The notes below the pieces were generated by a model. That model saw only the letters and a program-made list of their open reading frames with translations, was not told the origin of the DNA and searched no databases. 42,102 nt of DNA from a virus (taxonomy: Duplodnaviria > Heunggongvirae > Uroviricota > Caudoviricetes), in IMG/VR virus record IMGVR_UViG_3300036790_000204, positions 1 through 42,102 of that record, one strand, 5' to 3'. Numbering within the stretch: position 1 is the stretch's first letter; every line of letters begins with the position of its first letter. A program made the translations under genes and the position numbers. Of this stretch, positions 1-8,373 are shown piece by piece.

Positions 1-262
1 CCGCGTAAGCGGCCCGGTAGTCGCCCGCCTTCAGGGCGGCGATCACGTCGGCGTTCGGCGCGCCCCTCGGCGCGGGGCGCCGCCAGTCCGCCTCCGCCGG
101 GGTCACGCACACCGGCCGCCAGCCGAACTGGCGGAGGGCGGCGATGAACTCGGCGGCGAACGGCTCCGCGTCGGGGCCGAGCGGGTTTACGTCCCCGTGC
201 TCCCTGCGGAGGCGGTGGACGAGGGCGGACACCGCGCGGCGGTCTTCCTCCTGGTCGGTCAC
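1..262 (-). CDS. Hypothetical phage protein, truncated at window edge
   Basis: GTG at 262 overlaps upstream stop (GTGA); reads MTDQEEDRAVSALVHRLRREHGDVNPLGPDAEPFAAEFIAALRQFGWRPV and stays open to position 1. Confidence 0.6.
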   Translation of the reverse strand, partial: MTDQEEDRRAVSALVHRLRREHGDVNPLGPDAEPFAAEFIAALRQFGWRPVCVTPAEADWRRPAPRGAPNADVIAALKAGDYRAAYA

Positions 263-879
263 GATCGCCCCGCCTCCCAGATCCGGCGCATGGTCGCGCA
301 GTCCGGGCACGGAACGTACTTGTCGATGTCCAGGTTGTGGACGTACCGGCTGCTCTTGCCGCACCGGCCGCACCACGGCGGAGTCCGCTCGGCCTCGCGC
401 TCGGCCTCAAGCCGGGCGTAGTTCGCGCTGGTTTGCGAGACGGCCCGCAGCAGTCCGGCGAGGCGGGTCGCGGTCAGCGGCAGCGCCTCGCGTCTCGGCG
501 CCGCCTTGACGACGGCCAGCGACACGCCCCGCATCGCCAGCAGCCCCCAGTCCTCGGGAAGCTCCCCGGCCTTGACGATCGCGGCGTCGTGCACCACCAC
601 CCACCAGTGGTTCACGTAGGGGATGAACTCGGCCGCCTTCTCGGGCTCTTTCAGCTCGCGCAGCCAGTCGGAGCGGCTGACCTTGATCTCGTGCCCGTGC
701 AGCGCCAGCCCCTTGCTCGGCCACAGGTCCATCGCGACGAAATCGGCGGTCCGGCGCGCGTCGAAGCCGGCGGCCGAGCGGACCTGCGCGGCCACGGCGA
801 ACCGCTGGCCATTGCCGCCCCGGAAGCCGTAGCGGTCGCGCAGGGCGGCCGAAAGGTCGGCCTCGGTCATCGCGGTCAC
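259..879 (-). CDS. MmcB-like PD-(D/E)XK nuclease-fold protein with C-terminal zinc finger
   Basis: RTADFVAMDLWPSKGLALHGHEIKVSRSDWLRELKEPEKA motif; CGRC..CPDC tail; start moved to the GTGA overlap at 879. Confidence 0.75.
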   Translation of the reverse strand: MTAMTEADLSAALRDRYGFRGGNGQRFAVAAQVRSAAGFDARRTADFVAMDLWPSKGLALHGHEIKVSRSDWLRELKEPEKAAEFIPYVNHWWVVVHDAAIVKAGELPEDWGLLAMRGVSLAVVKAAPRREALPLTATRLAGLLRAVSQTSANYARLEAEREAERTPPWCGRCGKSSRYVHNLDIDKYVPCPDCATMRRIWEAGRS

Positions 880-1349
880 CGCCCCCGCCTCGCCTTCAGC
901 GCCTCGGCGAGCAGCCGCCGGTTCCGGTTGTCCCACGCCCGCAGCTCGCGGGCGAGGATCTCCCTGTTGCGCGCCGCCTCGGCCGGGGTCACCGGGTCGT
1001 ACCAGGGTTGGGGCACCCGGACTTCAACCCCGCGGTCGACCGCGTTGGCTACGCACACCGGGCACGGGTCTTCGCCGAGCGCCTCGTGCAGTCTCAGGGC
1101 GAGGATGGTCCCGCATCCGTTGCGCATGACCCGGCAGCCGCGGATCTTGGGAAGGGCGAAGTCTGGGAGCTTCCCCCTCCGGACGCCGGGCCGCTGGCAC
1201 TGCGAGGCGGCCAGTCTCCGGGCGTTGCGGGCTAGCGCCTGGTCGAGCGTGTTGCGGGGCACGCCGAGCCGCTCGGCGGCCTGCGTCCGGGTCAGCCCGT
1301 ACGACTCGAGCTCGGCCGCCTGGGCGACGAGCACGGCAGCGGCGGTCAT
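876..1349 (-). CDS. HTH plus CGT-type zinc-finger protein
   Basis: LTRTQAAERLGVPRNTL HTH; CGTILALRLHEALGEDPCPVC motif; coupled to both neighbours. Confidence 0.68.
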   Translation of the reverse strand: MTAAAVLVAQAAELESYGLTRTQAAERLGVPRNTLDQALARNARRLAASQCQRPGVRRGKLPDFALPKIRGCRVMRNGCGTILALRLHEALGEDPCPVCVANAVDRGVEVRVPQPWYDPVTPAEAARNREILARELRAWDNRNRRLLAEALKARRGR

Positions 1350-2341
1350 GCGAGCCTCACATTCGTGGGGTGGCAGTTGGGGCAGCGGGCCGGGTTGTCG
1401 CCGTCACGGCCGAGCTGGCGGGTGTACTCGTCGCACTCGCCGCACCAGTCCGGCACGTCGGCACTCGCGTTGAGCAGGTCGGCTAGCAGCAGGTTGTAGA
1501 CATCGCGCTCGGCTTTGATCGCCTTGATGACGTAGGCGGGGCGATGGTGAACCGGGTTGCCGCCCTTGGCCGCCCGGGCGAGAACCACGGCGATCACCGA
1601 GCGGGATTCGTCGTCGGTCACGGGCCTGCCGGACCGTTCGGCGAGCAACTCTGCGACTTGGGTTATCAGTCCGTCGTCATCGGTCTCGCGCGCGCCTGCG
1701 TCAGCTACCTGCAGATGATTGATAACCCCAGCTGTAAGAGATCTCCCTATCTCCTTCCCCATCCCCGGGGGGTTCGCGATGGGTTCCGCTGAGCTATCGG
1801 CGACCGCTCGCGAACCCCCCGCGAAGTCGTCCGGAACCCTTCGCGAACCCTTAACGAACCCTTCGGGAACGGTCTCGGAACCCTTCCCGAAGGGTTCAAG
1901 CGAGACGAGCAGCTCAGCCGCGATACGCCGGCACTCGGCGTTCGCCCGAGTCAGGTCGAGACGCCGCACCTCGAGCAGCAGGGCACCTTTGAGCCGTTCA
2001 GACGCGCAAGCGACCGCAGCCGCCGCGCCGGCCTTGAAAACGTTCGGCTGACGCCACACATCGTCGCGGCGCATCAGCGACCGCACCAGCAACTCGCCCG
2101 TCTCCTCGTCGGCGAGGACATAGCGAGTCGCCTCGAGTTCGGCCACGCGGGCGCCGACGTCGGGTGCCTTGACGGCGAGCGCCCGCGCCCATCTCGGCGG
2201 ACGGAGCGGGATCACGCCAGCCTGGTCTAGATCAGACTGCGAGAGCAGGAACAGGTACATCAGCCGGGCATTTTCGGAAAGCGCCCGGAAGTCCTCGTCA
2301 TCCCAGATGCAGGCCAGCACGCGCCCGTAGCTGCGTGGCAT
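1346..2341 (-). CDS. Phage replication initiator (lambda O/DnaD-like architecture)
   Basis: MPRSYGRVLACIWDDEDFRALSENARLMYLFLLSQ winged-helix-like N-terminus, low-complexity iteron-coded linker, C-terminal WCGECD..RCPNCHP zinc finger; ATG at 2341. Confidence 0.75.
   Translation of the reverse strand: MPRSYGRVLACIWDDEDFRALSENARLMYLFLLSQSDLDQAGVIPLRPPRWARALAVKAPDVGARVAELEATRYVLADEETGELLVRSLMRRDDVWRQPNVFKAGAAAAVACASERLKGALLLEVRRLDLTRANAECRRIAAELLVSLEPFGKGSETVPEGFVKGSRRVPDDFAGGSRAVADSSAEPIANPPGMGKEIGRSLTAGVINHLQVADAGARETDDDGLITQVAELLAERSGRPVTDDESRSVIAVVLARAAKGGNPVHHRPAYVIKAIKAERDVYNLLLADLLNASADVPDWCGECDEYTRQLGRDGDNPARCPNCHPTNVRLA
1768..1897. repeat. Iteron array, putative replication origin inside the initiator gene
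   Basis: GAACCCTT at 1834, 1845, 1856, 1878; degenerate copies at 1812, 1823, 1867 (11-bp period); inverted copies at 1890-1897 and 1768-1786. Confidence 0.8.
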
Positions 2342-2952
2342 AACACCGGCTCGCTCTGCAAGACACCGGAAGCGAAATCGTCGTCGTTGGCGGCGACGCA
2401 CCGTGCGGCGTCCTGCTGTATCTCGGCGAGCTTGCGCCACGCGACCCCGCACATGTAGCGGAACTTCTCGCTGCCAACGACCTGCTTGCGTCCCATGGCG
2501 AGGTCGACGCAGTCCTCAAGAATGGCCAGCGGCAGCCCGGCAGCGACAAGCTGGTCCACGGTCAGACCCCAGTCGGAGGGGCGTGGTACCGTGCCGCCCC
2601 CGTCGTTGAAGGTCCACGCGTCCCACCACTTGGCGAACTGGTAACGGCCGGCCGCGCGCGCGTCGAGGTCGGCGAGTGCCCGGTCGGCTGCGGATCGCAT
2701 AGCACGCGCCCATCGCACGGCGTCGTCGTCGACATCGGCGATAAGCGGGGCGTCGGGGCTGCTCGAGGTCTTCCCGCTGTTGCAGGCGGCGCACGCGGCT
2801 ACCAGGTTTGACGGATCATCGGTACCGCCGAGCGCCTTCGGCACCACGTGGTCGACAGCCAGCTCGACGCCGGGTGCCTTGGCCCCGCAGTACCGGCAGG
2901 CGTATCCGTCCCTGCGCAGCACCTCGTAGCGGAGCCGTTTCGAGATTGCCAA
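2260..2952 (-). CDS. HNH endonuclease-domain protein upstream of rep
   Basis: LRYEVLRRDGYACRYCG..VDHVVPKALGGTDDPSNLVAACAACNSGK. Confidence 0.85.
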   Translation of the reverse strand: MAISKRLRYEVLRRDGYACRYCGAKAPGVELAVDHVVPKALGGTDDPSNLVAACAACNSGKTSSSPDAPLIADVDDDAVRWARAMRSAADRALADLDARAAGRYQFAKWWDAWTFNDGGGTVPRPSDWGLTVDQLVAAGLPLAILEDCVDLAMGRKQVVGSEKFRYMCGVAWRKLAEIQQDAARCVAANDDDFASGVLQSEPVLCHAATGACWPASGMTRTSGRFPKMPG

Positions 2953-3039
2953 CGCGCTGCCCCCGTTCCGATCATCTGTTCAAGCCCCCGCTTGCTGACT
3001 GCCGTCGCTCGCGACCAGCTGTCACGCGCGGCTCACAAT

Positions 3040-3119
3040 GCCACATTGACTAGGCATCGTCAAATAGGCCACACTGATTAGGCCATACGGTAAACTCAGG
3101 AAGGCCACATCCGTGTGGC
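3040..3119. promoter_or_regulatory. Divergent promoter region with repeated operator-like sites
   Basis: GCCACATTGACTAGGC (3040-3055), GCCACACTGATTAGGC (3068-3083) and palindrome GCCACA-TCCG-TGTGGC (3104-3119) in a lower-GC intergenic gap. Confidence 0.55.
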
Positions 3120-3421
3120 ATCATGAGCACGTGGAACCGGAGCCCGAATTGACCGAGCTGGACGAAGCGCTTGCCGACACGCGGCCCGACGCCGACGAGC
3201 GTCGCCTGATGCGCGTCGCCGCAGCGCTCTACGTGGCCGTCCGGGTGCGCGGGCACCGACAGGTCGACCTCGTGAAGCGCACTGGGATGAGCAGGGAAAC
3301 GATCCGCCGTCACGTCGAAGACGAGCGCATCCGGCGCGGCGAGATCGAGCCCACGGCGCGGTACCTCCGCGACCAAGCGCGGAAGGCCGAGCCTAAGAAG
3401 CGCAGCACCCGCAACGGCTGA
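3113..3421 (+). CDS. Small HTH DNA-binding protein, opposite to the surrounding operon
   Basis: RQVDLVKRTGMSRETIRRHV HTH; start uncertain. Confidence 0.65.
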   Translation: MWHHEHVEPEPELTELDEALADTRPDADERRLMRVAAALYVAVRVRGHRQVDLVKRTGMSRETIRRHVEDERIRRGEIEPTARYLRDQARKAEPKKRSTRNG

Positions 3422-3423
3422 TC

Positions 3424-3534
3424 TCACCCCCGCCACCTGCCCACCGCCTCTCCCAAGAGCGAGCAGGCAAGCAAGACGGCGCACAGCGCCGAGGGGATCA
3501 GGACGGCAAGCGGGGGACCGAGCATCGCACTCAC
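3424..3534 (-). CDS. Small membrane peptide (36 aa)
   Basis: GTGA-coupled; MSAMLGPPLAVLIPSALCAVLLACSLLGEAVGRWRG. Confidence 0.45.
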   Translation of the reverse strand: MSAMLGPPLAVLIPSALCAVLLACSLLGEAVGRWRG

Positions 3535-3809
3535 CGGCGCCACCGCCGGATCCTGCGGCCGATCGGCCCGCGCCACCGCCCGGCAACCCGCACCGCGATC
3601 AGCGCGCCGAGCATGACCAGCGCCACACCGGCGCCCAACCGGTCGCCCCTAGTGAAGAGGCAGCCCATGGCCAGCGCCAGCGCCAGATCGCGGAGCGGGA
3701 ACGCCCAGCCGCGCAACCGCCTTCCGAGAACGCCGAGCAGCGCCAGGAAGCCGACGGCGGCAACCGCGAACGCCGAGCACTCAAGCGCCGTGGCCACGGT
3801 CACCGTCAC
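3531..3809 (-). CDS. Small membrane protein
   Basis: Hydrophobic segments with basic C-terminus; coupled overlaps on both sides. Confidence 0.65.
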   Translation of the reverse strand: MTVTVATALECSAFAVAAVGFLALLGVLGRRLRGWAFPLRDLALALAMGCLFTRGDRLGAGVALVMLGALIAVRVAGRWRGPIGRRIRRWRR

Positions 3810-4297
3810 CCCGCGCCTCCGAACAGGACAAGCTGAACCGGCTTCCCGCCGACCGCCTTAACCTGCGTGACGGCCTCGACCCGGTACGACGTCTGGTGAG
3901 CCAGCGTCGCGCCGCAGCTGAGATAGTCCCCGGGCTTGAGCCGGTGGTGAAACACTGGCTCGCACCCGCACGCCATGCGCGTGGCGTACATCGGCTGCCC
4001 GTCCGCCCAGTGGCGGAAGTCGGGGCACCCGCAGTCGCAGGGCCGCAGATTGGCGGCCAGCCCGGCGAGAATAGGCCCTGGCGCGGCGACGTGGCGGCCA
4101 GAGGAGTGCCGGCAGGCGCAGACTTCCCCGGCTTCGGCCGCCGTGGCGAACGGCATCAGCCCGCAGACCTCAAGCAGCCCGGGTCCGACCGTGGTGTCGT
4201 GCACCCACGGATACGTTCCGTCCGCTTCGGGGCCGTCGGCCAGCCAGATGAAGACGCCCCGGTCGTGTGGGCACATTCCCCTGGTGCAGACGCTCAC
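3806..4297 (-). CDS. Cys/His-rich hypothetical phage protein
   Basis: CACRH..H..PCDCGCPDF and CGC..LSC motifs; start moved to the GTGA overlap at 4297. Confidence 0.62.
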   Translation of the reverse strand: MSVCTRGMCPHDRGVFIWLADGPEADGTYPWVHDTTVGPGLLEVCGLMPFATAAEAGEVCACRHSSGRHVAAPGPILAGLAANLRPCDCGCPDFRHWADGQPMYATRMACGCEPVFHHRLKPGDYLSCGATLAHQTSYRVEAVTQVKAVGGKPVQLVLFGGAG

Positions 4298-4434
4298 GCC
4301 GCACCTCGAGCCGCCGCGCGCGCTCGAGCAGCTGCGCGCGGATGAACTCCAGCGACGTCGTAGCCGGCCAGGTGGTATCCCCACCCTGCGCCCCCGGCGT
4401 TGCAGAACAAGTCGAGCAGCCGCGGGCGCCTCAT
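4294..4434 (-). pseudogene. Remnant of a second DNA cytosine methyltransferase
   Basis: MRRPRLLDLFCNAGGAGWGYHLAGYDV is motif I of a C5-MTase; frame then shifts (LEFIRAQ in another frame) and stops after 46 aa. Confidence 0.7.
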
Positions 4435-6143
4435 GCGAGCACGGCCGCAACCGCGTTGCCGAGCCAGTGGGCGACATTAGCGCTCACCGCGTTCCCCGCC
4501 TGCATAGTCTGCTCGCCCTGGTTGCCCGTCACTATGTAGGAGTCGGGGAACCGCTGGGCGCGCAGGTGCTCGCGGGGCTTCAGCATCCGGAACCGGCAGT
4601 CCGCGACGTCCGGGTTATCGGGCTGCACCAGCCCGGCCGACTCGCGAGTTGCCAGCGTGTGCAGCGGCCCGGCGGTCGTCGTCGCGCGCCCGCGCCGGTA
4701 GGGAACCACCAAGGCGTGATGGTCCTGCGCGGTAATCGGGCTGACCGGCTGGTCGACCCGCGAGACATTCCGCTCCGGGGTGAGGTAGCCGCCGTAGTTC
4801 TTCAGCAGGAACGAGTCCGGCACGGTCAGCCCGTGATGCGCACCGGAAGTCGCCACTGTCGACAGAGGCTCGTCAACGCCCTGGGCTACCTGCCTGTTGC
4901 GCAAGACGGCGAAGAACGGCGGCACGGTCAGCCCGTGGTTGCGGCCGGTGGTCATCGTCGCCAGGGCGTCGCCCGCGACCTCGGTGGGGGCGTTCTTCGG
5001 TCCGCGCAGCATCGTGACGAACGGCTGAGTGACAAGCGCGTCGGTGTCACGCGTGACGCGGGTCCGGAACGGCTCGCTGGTGCGAGTCCCCGGCTGGTCG
5101 TGGTTCGCGCCCCCCACCGGGAGCACCATCCCGCCCGATACCGCCAGCGCCTCAGCCGGAGTGCCGGTCCGCGCGTTCAGGGGCCTTTCCACCGGCCATG
5201 CCCGCACATAACCCGAACCGGGCCGCTCGTAGGTGTTTCCGCCAACCGCGACCGTGACCGGCTGGGCGAACATCGTCAGCCCCGCGCGGACGCGCCGGAT
5301 CGTCGCCGGGGCGAGCCCTTCCGGCTTGGCCTTGGTTTTTGGCCGGTCGCCGATCCGCGTCCCGAGGTCGCTCCAGTCGATCGCCGACGCGGCGGGCAGC
5401 ACGAGCGGCTCGGCGGCCGAGTGCCCGCAGGCGGTGTTGCTGCAGCAGTACACGTACTGCTGCCCGTACTTGCCGATCTTTCGTGCGCCCGGCTTTTTCC
5501 ACGCTTGGAACGACTCGACCACGGCCTCGCACTTGAAGCACCACGCCAGCGGCCTGGGCGAGACGTCCGGCAGGGCGATGCCCTTGCGGGTGAACACGAT
5601 GTAGAGCCGGTCGCGCCACTGCGGGGCGTGCGGGTTACCGTCGCCGCCGACGTGCGCCGACGACACGCTGACGAACTGGTGGTTGTAGCCGAGCAGGATC
5701 ATGCCGCCGAGCCACCAGTCGAACAGCTCCCAGTCGGCCGCCTCGGTGACGTTCTCGATGATGACCGCCTTATAGCGGTGCACCTCGGTCGCCCTGATCA
5801 CGTCGTGGAATGTCGCACGGGTCCGCTCGAGGCCTGCCTTCGGCACGTGGCCGGACTCCTCGAGCAGGTCAAGCTGACCGGGTGCCCGTCGCGCGCGCCC
5901 CCCGGCGGGCGAGATCTCTGTGCAGATCGGCGACGCCCACAGAATGTCGGTGCGTGGCAGGCGCCGCATGTCGTAGTTGCTGACGTCCGCGCAAAGGTGC
6001 TCGGCGTCGCGGAAGTTCGCCGAGTGCGTCTCGATCGCGCGTTCCCAGTGGTTGGCGGCGAGTTTCAGCTCGAGGCCGGCCTCGGTCAGCCCGATCGACG
6101 AGCCTCCCGCCCCGCAGAACACGTCGGTATAGGTGAGGCTCAT
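4431..6143 (-). CDS. DNA (cytosine-5) methyltransferase
   Basis: Motif I DVFCGAGG, motif IV WASPIC, motif VI IENV, motif VIII QWRDRLYIV, motifs IX/X REHLRAQRFP..QAGNAVS. Confidence 0.93.
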   Translation of the reverse strand: MSLTYTDVFCGAGGSSIGLTEAGLELKLAANHWERAIETHSANFRDAEHLCADVSNYDMRRLPRTDILWASPICTEISPAGGRARRAPGQLDLLEESGHVPKAGLERTRATFHDVIRATEVHRYKAVIIENVTEAADWELFDWWLGGMILLGYNHQFVSVSSAHVGGDGNPHAPQWRDRLYIVFTRKGIALPDVSPRPLAWCFKCEAVVESFQAWKKPGARKIGKYGQQYVYCCSNTACGHSAAEPLVLPAASAIDWSDLGTRIGDRPKTKAKPEGLAPATIRRVRAGLTMFAQPVTVAVGGNTYERPGSGYVRAWPVERPLNARTGTPAEALAVSGGMVLPVGGANHDQPGTRTSEPFRTRVTRDTDALVTQPFVTMLRGPKNAPTEVAGDALATMTTGRNHGLTVPPFFAVLRNRQVAQGVDEPLSTVATSGAHHGLTVPDSFLLKNYGGYLTPERNVSRVDQPVSPITAQDHHALVVPYRRGRATTTAGPLHTLATRESAGLVQPDNPDVADCRFRMLKPREHLRAQRFPDSYIVTGNQGEQTMQAGNAVSANVAHWLGNAVAAVLA

Positions 6144-6517
6144 GCCGCGTCTCCAATTGGCGCTGATTCTGAGATGACGATGCGGAGGCGCCCCATCGGG
6201 CGTGTGGCGGCCGAGATCTCCCCGGTCACCGTGAGCAGATCCGCCCGGCTGGCGATCACGTGGGCGACGTACAGGCCCTTGGCGATCTCCGGGGCGACCG
6301 CGGCGGCGATCTGCTCGCCGGACCAGTCAGGCCAGCTGCTCGGCGGCGCGTAGACGACGTGCGCTGTGACAGAGCCGAGCAGGGGAACGCCGGCGTTCTT
6401 CGCCCCGCAGAACACGGCGGCCGCGACGGATCGCGGGCCTAGGCCGGCCGGAAGGTCGAACGTCCACGGGCCGGCCGCGGGGCACGGCCGCGGCGCGGGC
6501 TGCGTGCGGGCGGTCAC
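6140..6517 (-). CDS. Hypothetical protein, possibly degenerate RusA-like resolvase fold
   Basis: Layout VTAHVVYAPP..KGL..AHVI..GEI..GRLRIVISE resembles actinophage RusA-like proteins but lacks DxxN; AGGAAAGG RBS upstream. Confidence 0.5.
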   Translation of the reverse strand: MTARTQPAPRPCPAAGPWTFDLPAGLGPRSVAAAVFCGAKNAGVPLLGSVTAHVVYAPPSSWPDWSGEQIAAAVAPEIAKGLYVAHVIASRADLLTVTGEISAATRPMGRLRIVISESAPIGDAA

Positions 6518-7548
6518 CGGCCCGGCCTTTCCTGATCGTTTCGGGCCGGGCCGTCCGCAAGCCCCTCAACTTGGGACGGCCCGGCGGCGCGCACATCGGC
6601 AAGGGGAACCTCAGCCCCGTGCGCGCCAGCCCCCGAACCAGGCCCCTCAACCTGGCCGGGGGAGTCAGTGGAATCGGTGCGCTCGTTCAGGTAGGCGCGG
6701 GCGATCTTGAGTCCGGGGTCGTTGTCGCCGCCGGTCGCTTCCGCAACGAACGCGGCCTCAAGCGGGCTGAGCGACTCGTAGTAGGCGGCGCTCTCGTCGA
6801 GCAGGTCCGCGACAGCTAGCGCCACCATCGGGTGCCATGAGGCAATGTGGACCGCGATCGCCTCCGGCATCGGGCCGGCGAAGAAATGCGGGGAATGCCA
6901 GTCCTCTTCTTGGTCGTGCTCGTACACCGCGTGCGTCACGAACGCGTCGCCGGTCGGCTCGTACTGCCCGTCGGCCATCTCGGTGCCGCCGTCGCCGAAC
7001 GGGTACGGGGCACCGGGAACCTCCCGCGGCTCGGGGAACTCCCGCCATTTCGTGTTGGCGACGGTCCCCCACGGGAACCACTGGCCGCGGCCGTCCTCGG
7101 TCAGGCTCATCGCCGCTTCGGCCTGCTCGCGCATCTGCTTGGCCGCCCGCCTCAGCAGGGCGGCGGGGGTCTCGGGCTCGGTCATGGTGTTCTCCGGTAG
7201 GTCGAATAGCGGCTCCATCTGCGCGGCGAGCTCGGCCGCGCGTGTGGCCTGCCTGGTCTGCGCGTGGTGGTCGCGGTCGTAGTGGAGGTGACAGCCCTGG
7301 CACATCGCGCGAAGGTTGTCGGGGTCGCAGTTCTCGGGCGTGTGATCGAGATGCGCGGTTGTCAGCACGACATTGCTGCCGGTCCCGTACGCAGGCTGGC
7401 CGTGGACATTCGGGCAGCGGCCCTCGTGCGTGCCGCGACCGCACTCGCCGAGGCACTCGCATCGCCAGCCGGCGCGCTCCTTGATGGCAAGCGAGATCGC
7501 CGGCCAATCCGGCGGGTACCTGCGCTTCTCGGACTCGCGGATCGGCAT
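6514..7548 (-). CDS. HNH-like zinc protein fused in frame to a second phage protein
   Basis: MPIRESEKRRYPPDW..RAGWRCEC..VLTTAHLDHTPENC..NLRAMCQGCHLHYD; TGATG overlap at 7548; internal GGAG RBS and ATG at 7185. Confidence 0.7.
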   Translation of the reverse strand: MPIRESEKRRYPPDWPAISLAIKERAGWRCECLGECGRGTHEGRCPNVHGQPAYGTGSNVVLTTAHLDHTPENCDPDNLRAMCQGCHLHYDRDHHAQTRQATRAAELAAQMEPLFDLPENTMTEPETPAALLRRAAKQMREQAEAAMSLTEDGRGQWFPWGTVANTKWREFPEPREVPGAPYPFGDGGTEMADGQYEPTGDAFVTHAVYEHDQEEDWHSPHFFAGPMPEAIAVHIASWHPMVALAVADLLDESAAYYESLSPLEAAFVAEATGGDNDPGLKIARAYLNERTDSTDSPGQVEGPGSGAGAHGAEVPLADVRAAGPSQVEGLADGPARNDQERPGR

Positions 7549-7937
7549 CAGCTGTTGTCCTGCGCCTCTTCGCGCTGAACGCCGCGTAGCCCGGCCCCAG
7601 CGACCCTGAAAGTGCGCGCCCAAGCGCCCGGCCAGCGGATGTCGGTCCCTTTCACGTCGAACTCGGCCGCCAGCCGCGATGCGATGCGGCGGAACTCGAG
7701 CGCGACAACGCCGGGCAGCTCGGCCCGCTCGATTGCCGGGATGCTCTCTCTTGCCCGCTCGAGGCGCCTGCGGTGCAGCCGCCCGGTGACCGTCGACCGC
7801 CGCCGCCACGCTGCGAGGACCGCCGCGGGCGCCCGGCGAACCAGCTCGGCCCCCTTCGCCCCCCTCGAGGCGACGACGAGCGCGGCCGTCCACAGCGCGA
7901 CCACCGCCGCGAACGCCGCCCACGTCAGCGCGTGCAC
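7548..7937 (-). CDS. Membrane-anchored hypothetical protein
   Basis: N-terminal hydrophobic helix ALTWAAFAAVVALWTAALVVA. Confidence 0.6.
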   Translation of the reverse strand: MHALTWAAFAAVVALWTAALVVASRGAKGAELVRRAPAAVLAAWRRRSTVTGRLHRRRLERARESIPAIERAELPGVVALEFRRIASRLAAEFDVKGTDIRWPGAWARTFRVAGAGLRGVQREEAQDNS

Positions 7938-8056
7938 GAGTCACCGCGCTTAGTGGGGTACAGCCGCAAGGACACCCACACGACCAGGGACGGGACGCCG
8001 AGGCCGGCGCCGATGATTACCGCGTAAGCCCACGGCTCGGCCAGGAACTGGCTCAC
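7925..8056 (-). CDS. Small membrane peptide (43 aa)
   Basis: GTGA-coupled; MSQFLAEPWAYAVIIGAGLGVPSLVVWVSLRLYPTKRGDSCTR. Confidence 0.5.
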   Translation of the reverse strand: MSQFLAEPWAYAVIIGAGLGVPSLVVWVSLRLYPTKRGDSCTR

Positions 8057-8373
8057 GTCGGGTCACCGGCCTTCCGGTGCAGGGACTCGGCGGTGAGGCT
8101 GAGTGTGTTCACCAGCGTGACCGCCGTGCTGATCGGCGTGGCACCGCCGTCGAGCAGCCGGTTCATGAGGTCAGTCAGCATCCCGGCCGACTTCGCCAGC
8201 GCCCGGGCGAGCTGTGCCTGCCCATCGGGGAACTCCTCGGCGAGCGCTGCCGCGAACTGCTCGGCGACTGGCAGCGTCACCTTGACCGCGCGGCCGCCGC
8301 GTAGGCGCCCAGCTCGAGCGGCGGCGAGCATCTGATCGGTGTTGGCCCTCATCGCGGCACTCCGGGCGCTCAC
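8053..8373 (-). CDS. Hypothetical helical protein
   Basis: ORF track; start moved to the GTGA overlap at 8373. Confidence 0.62.
   Translation of the reverse strand: MSARSAAMRANTDQMLAAARAGRLRGGRAVKVTLPVAEQFAAALAEEFPDGQAQLARALAKSAGMLTDLMNRLLDGGATPISTAVTLVNTLSLTAESLHRKAGDPT

Noticed and set aside
1768-1897. Repeats as a protein tandem repeat or VNTR
   Set aside because: The 11-bp period is not a multiple of 3 and the peptide is not repetitive, which favours DNA-level function
3050-3124. Small minus ORF MMPHGCGLPEFTVWPNQCGLFDDA
   Set aside because: Overlaps the HTH start and operator repeats; no RBS seen
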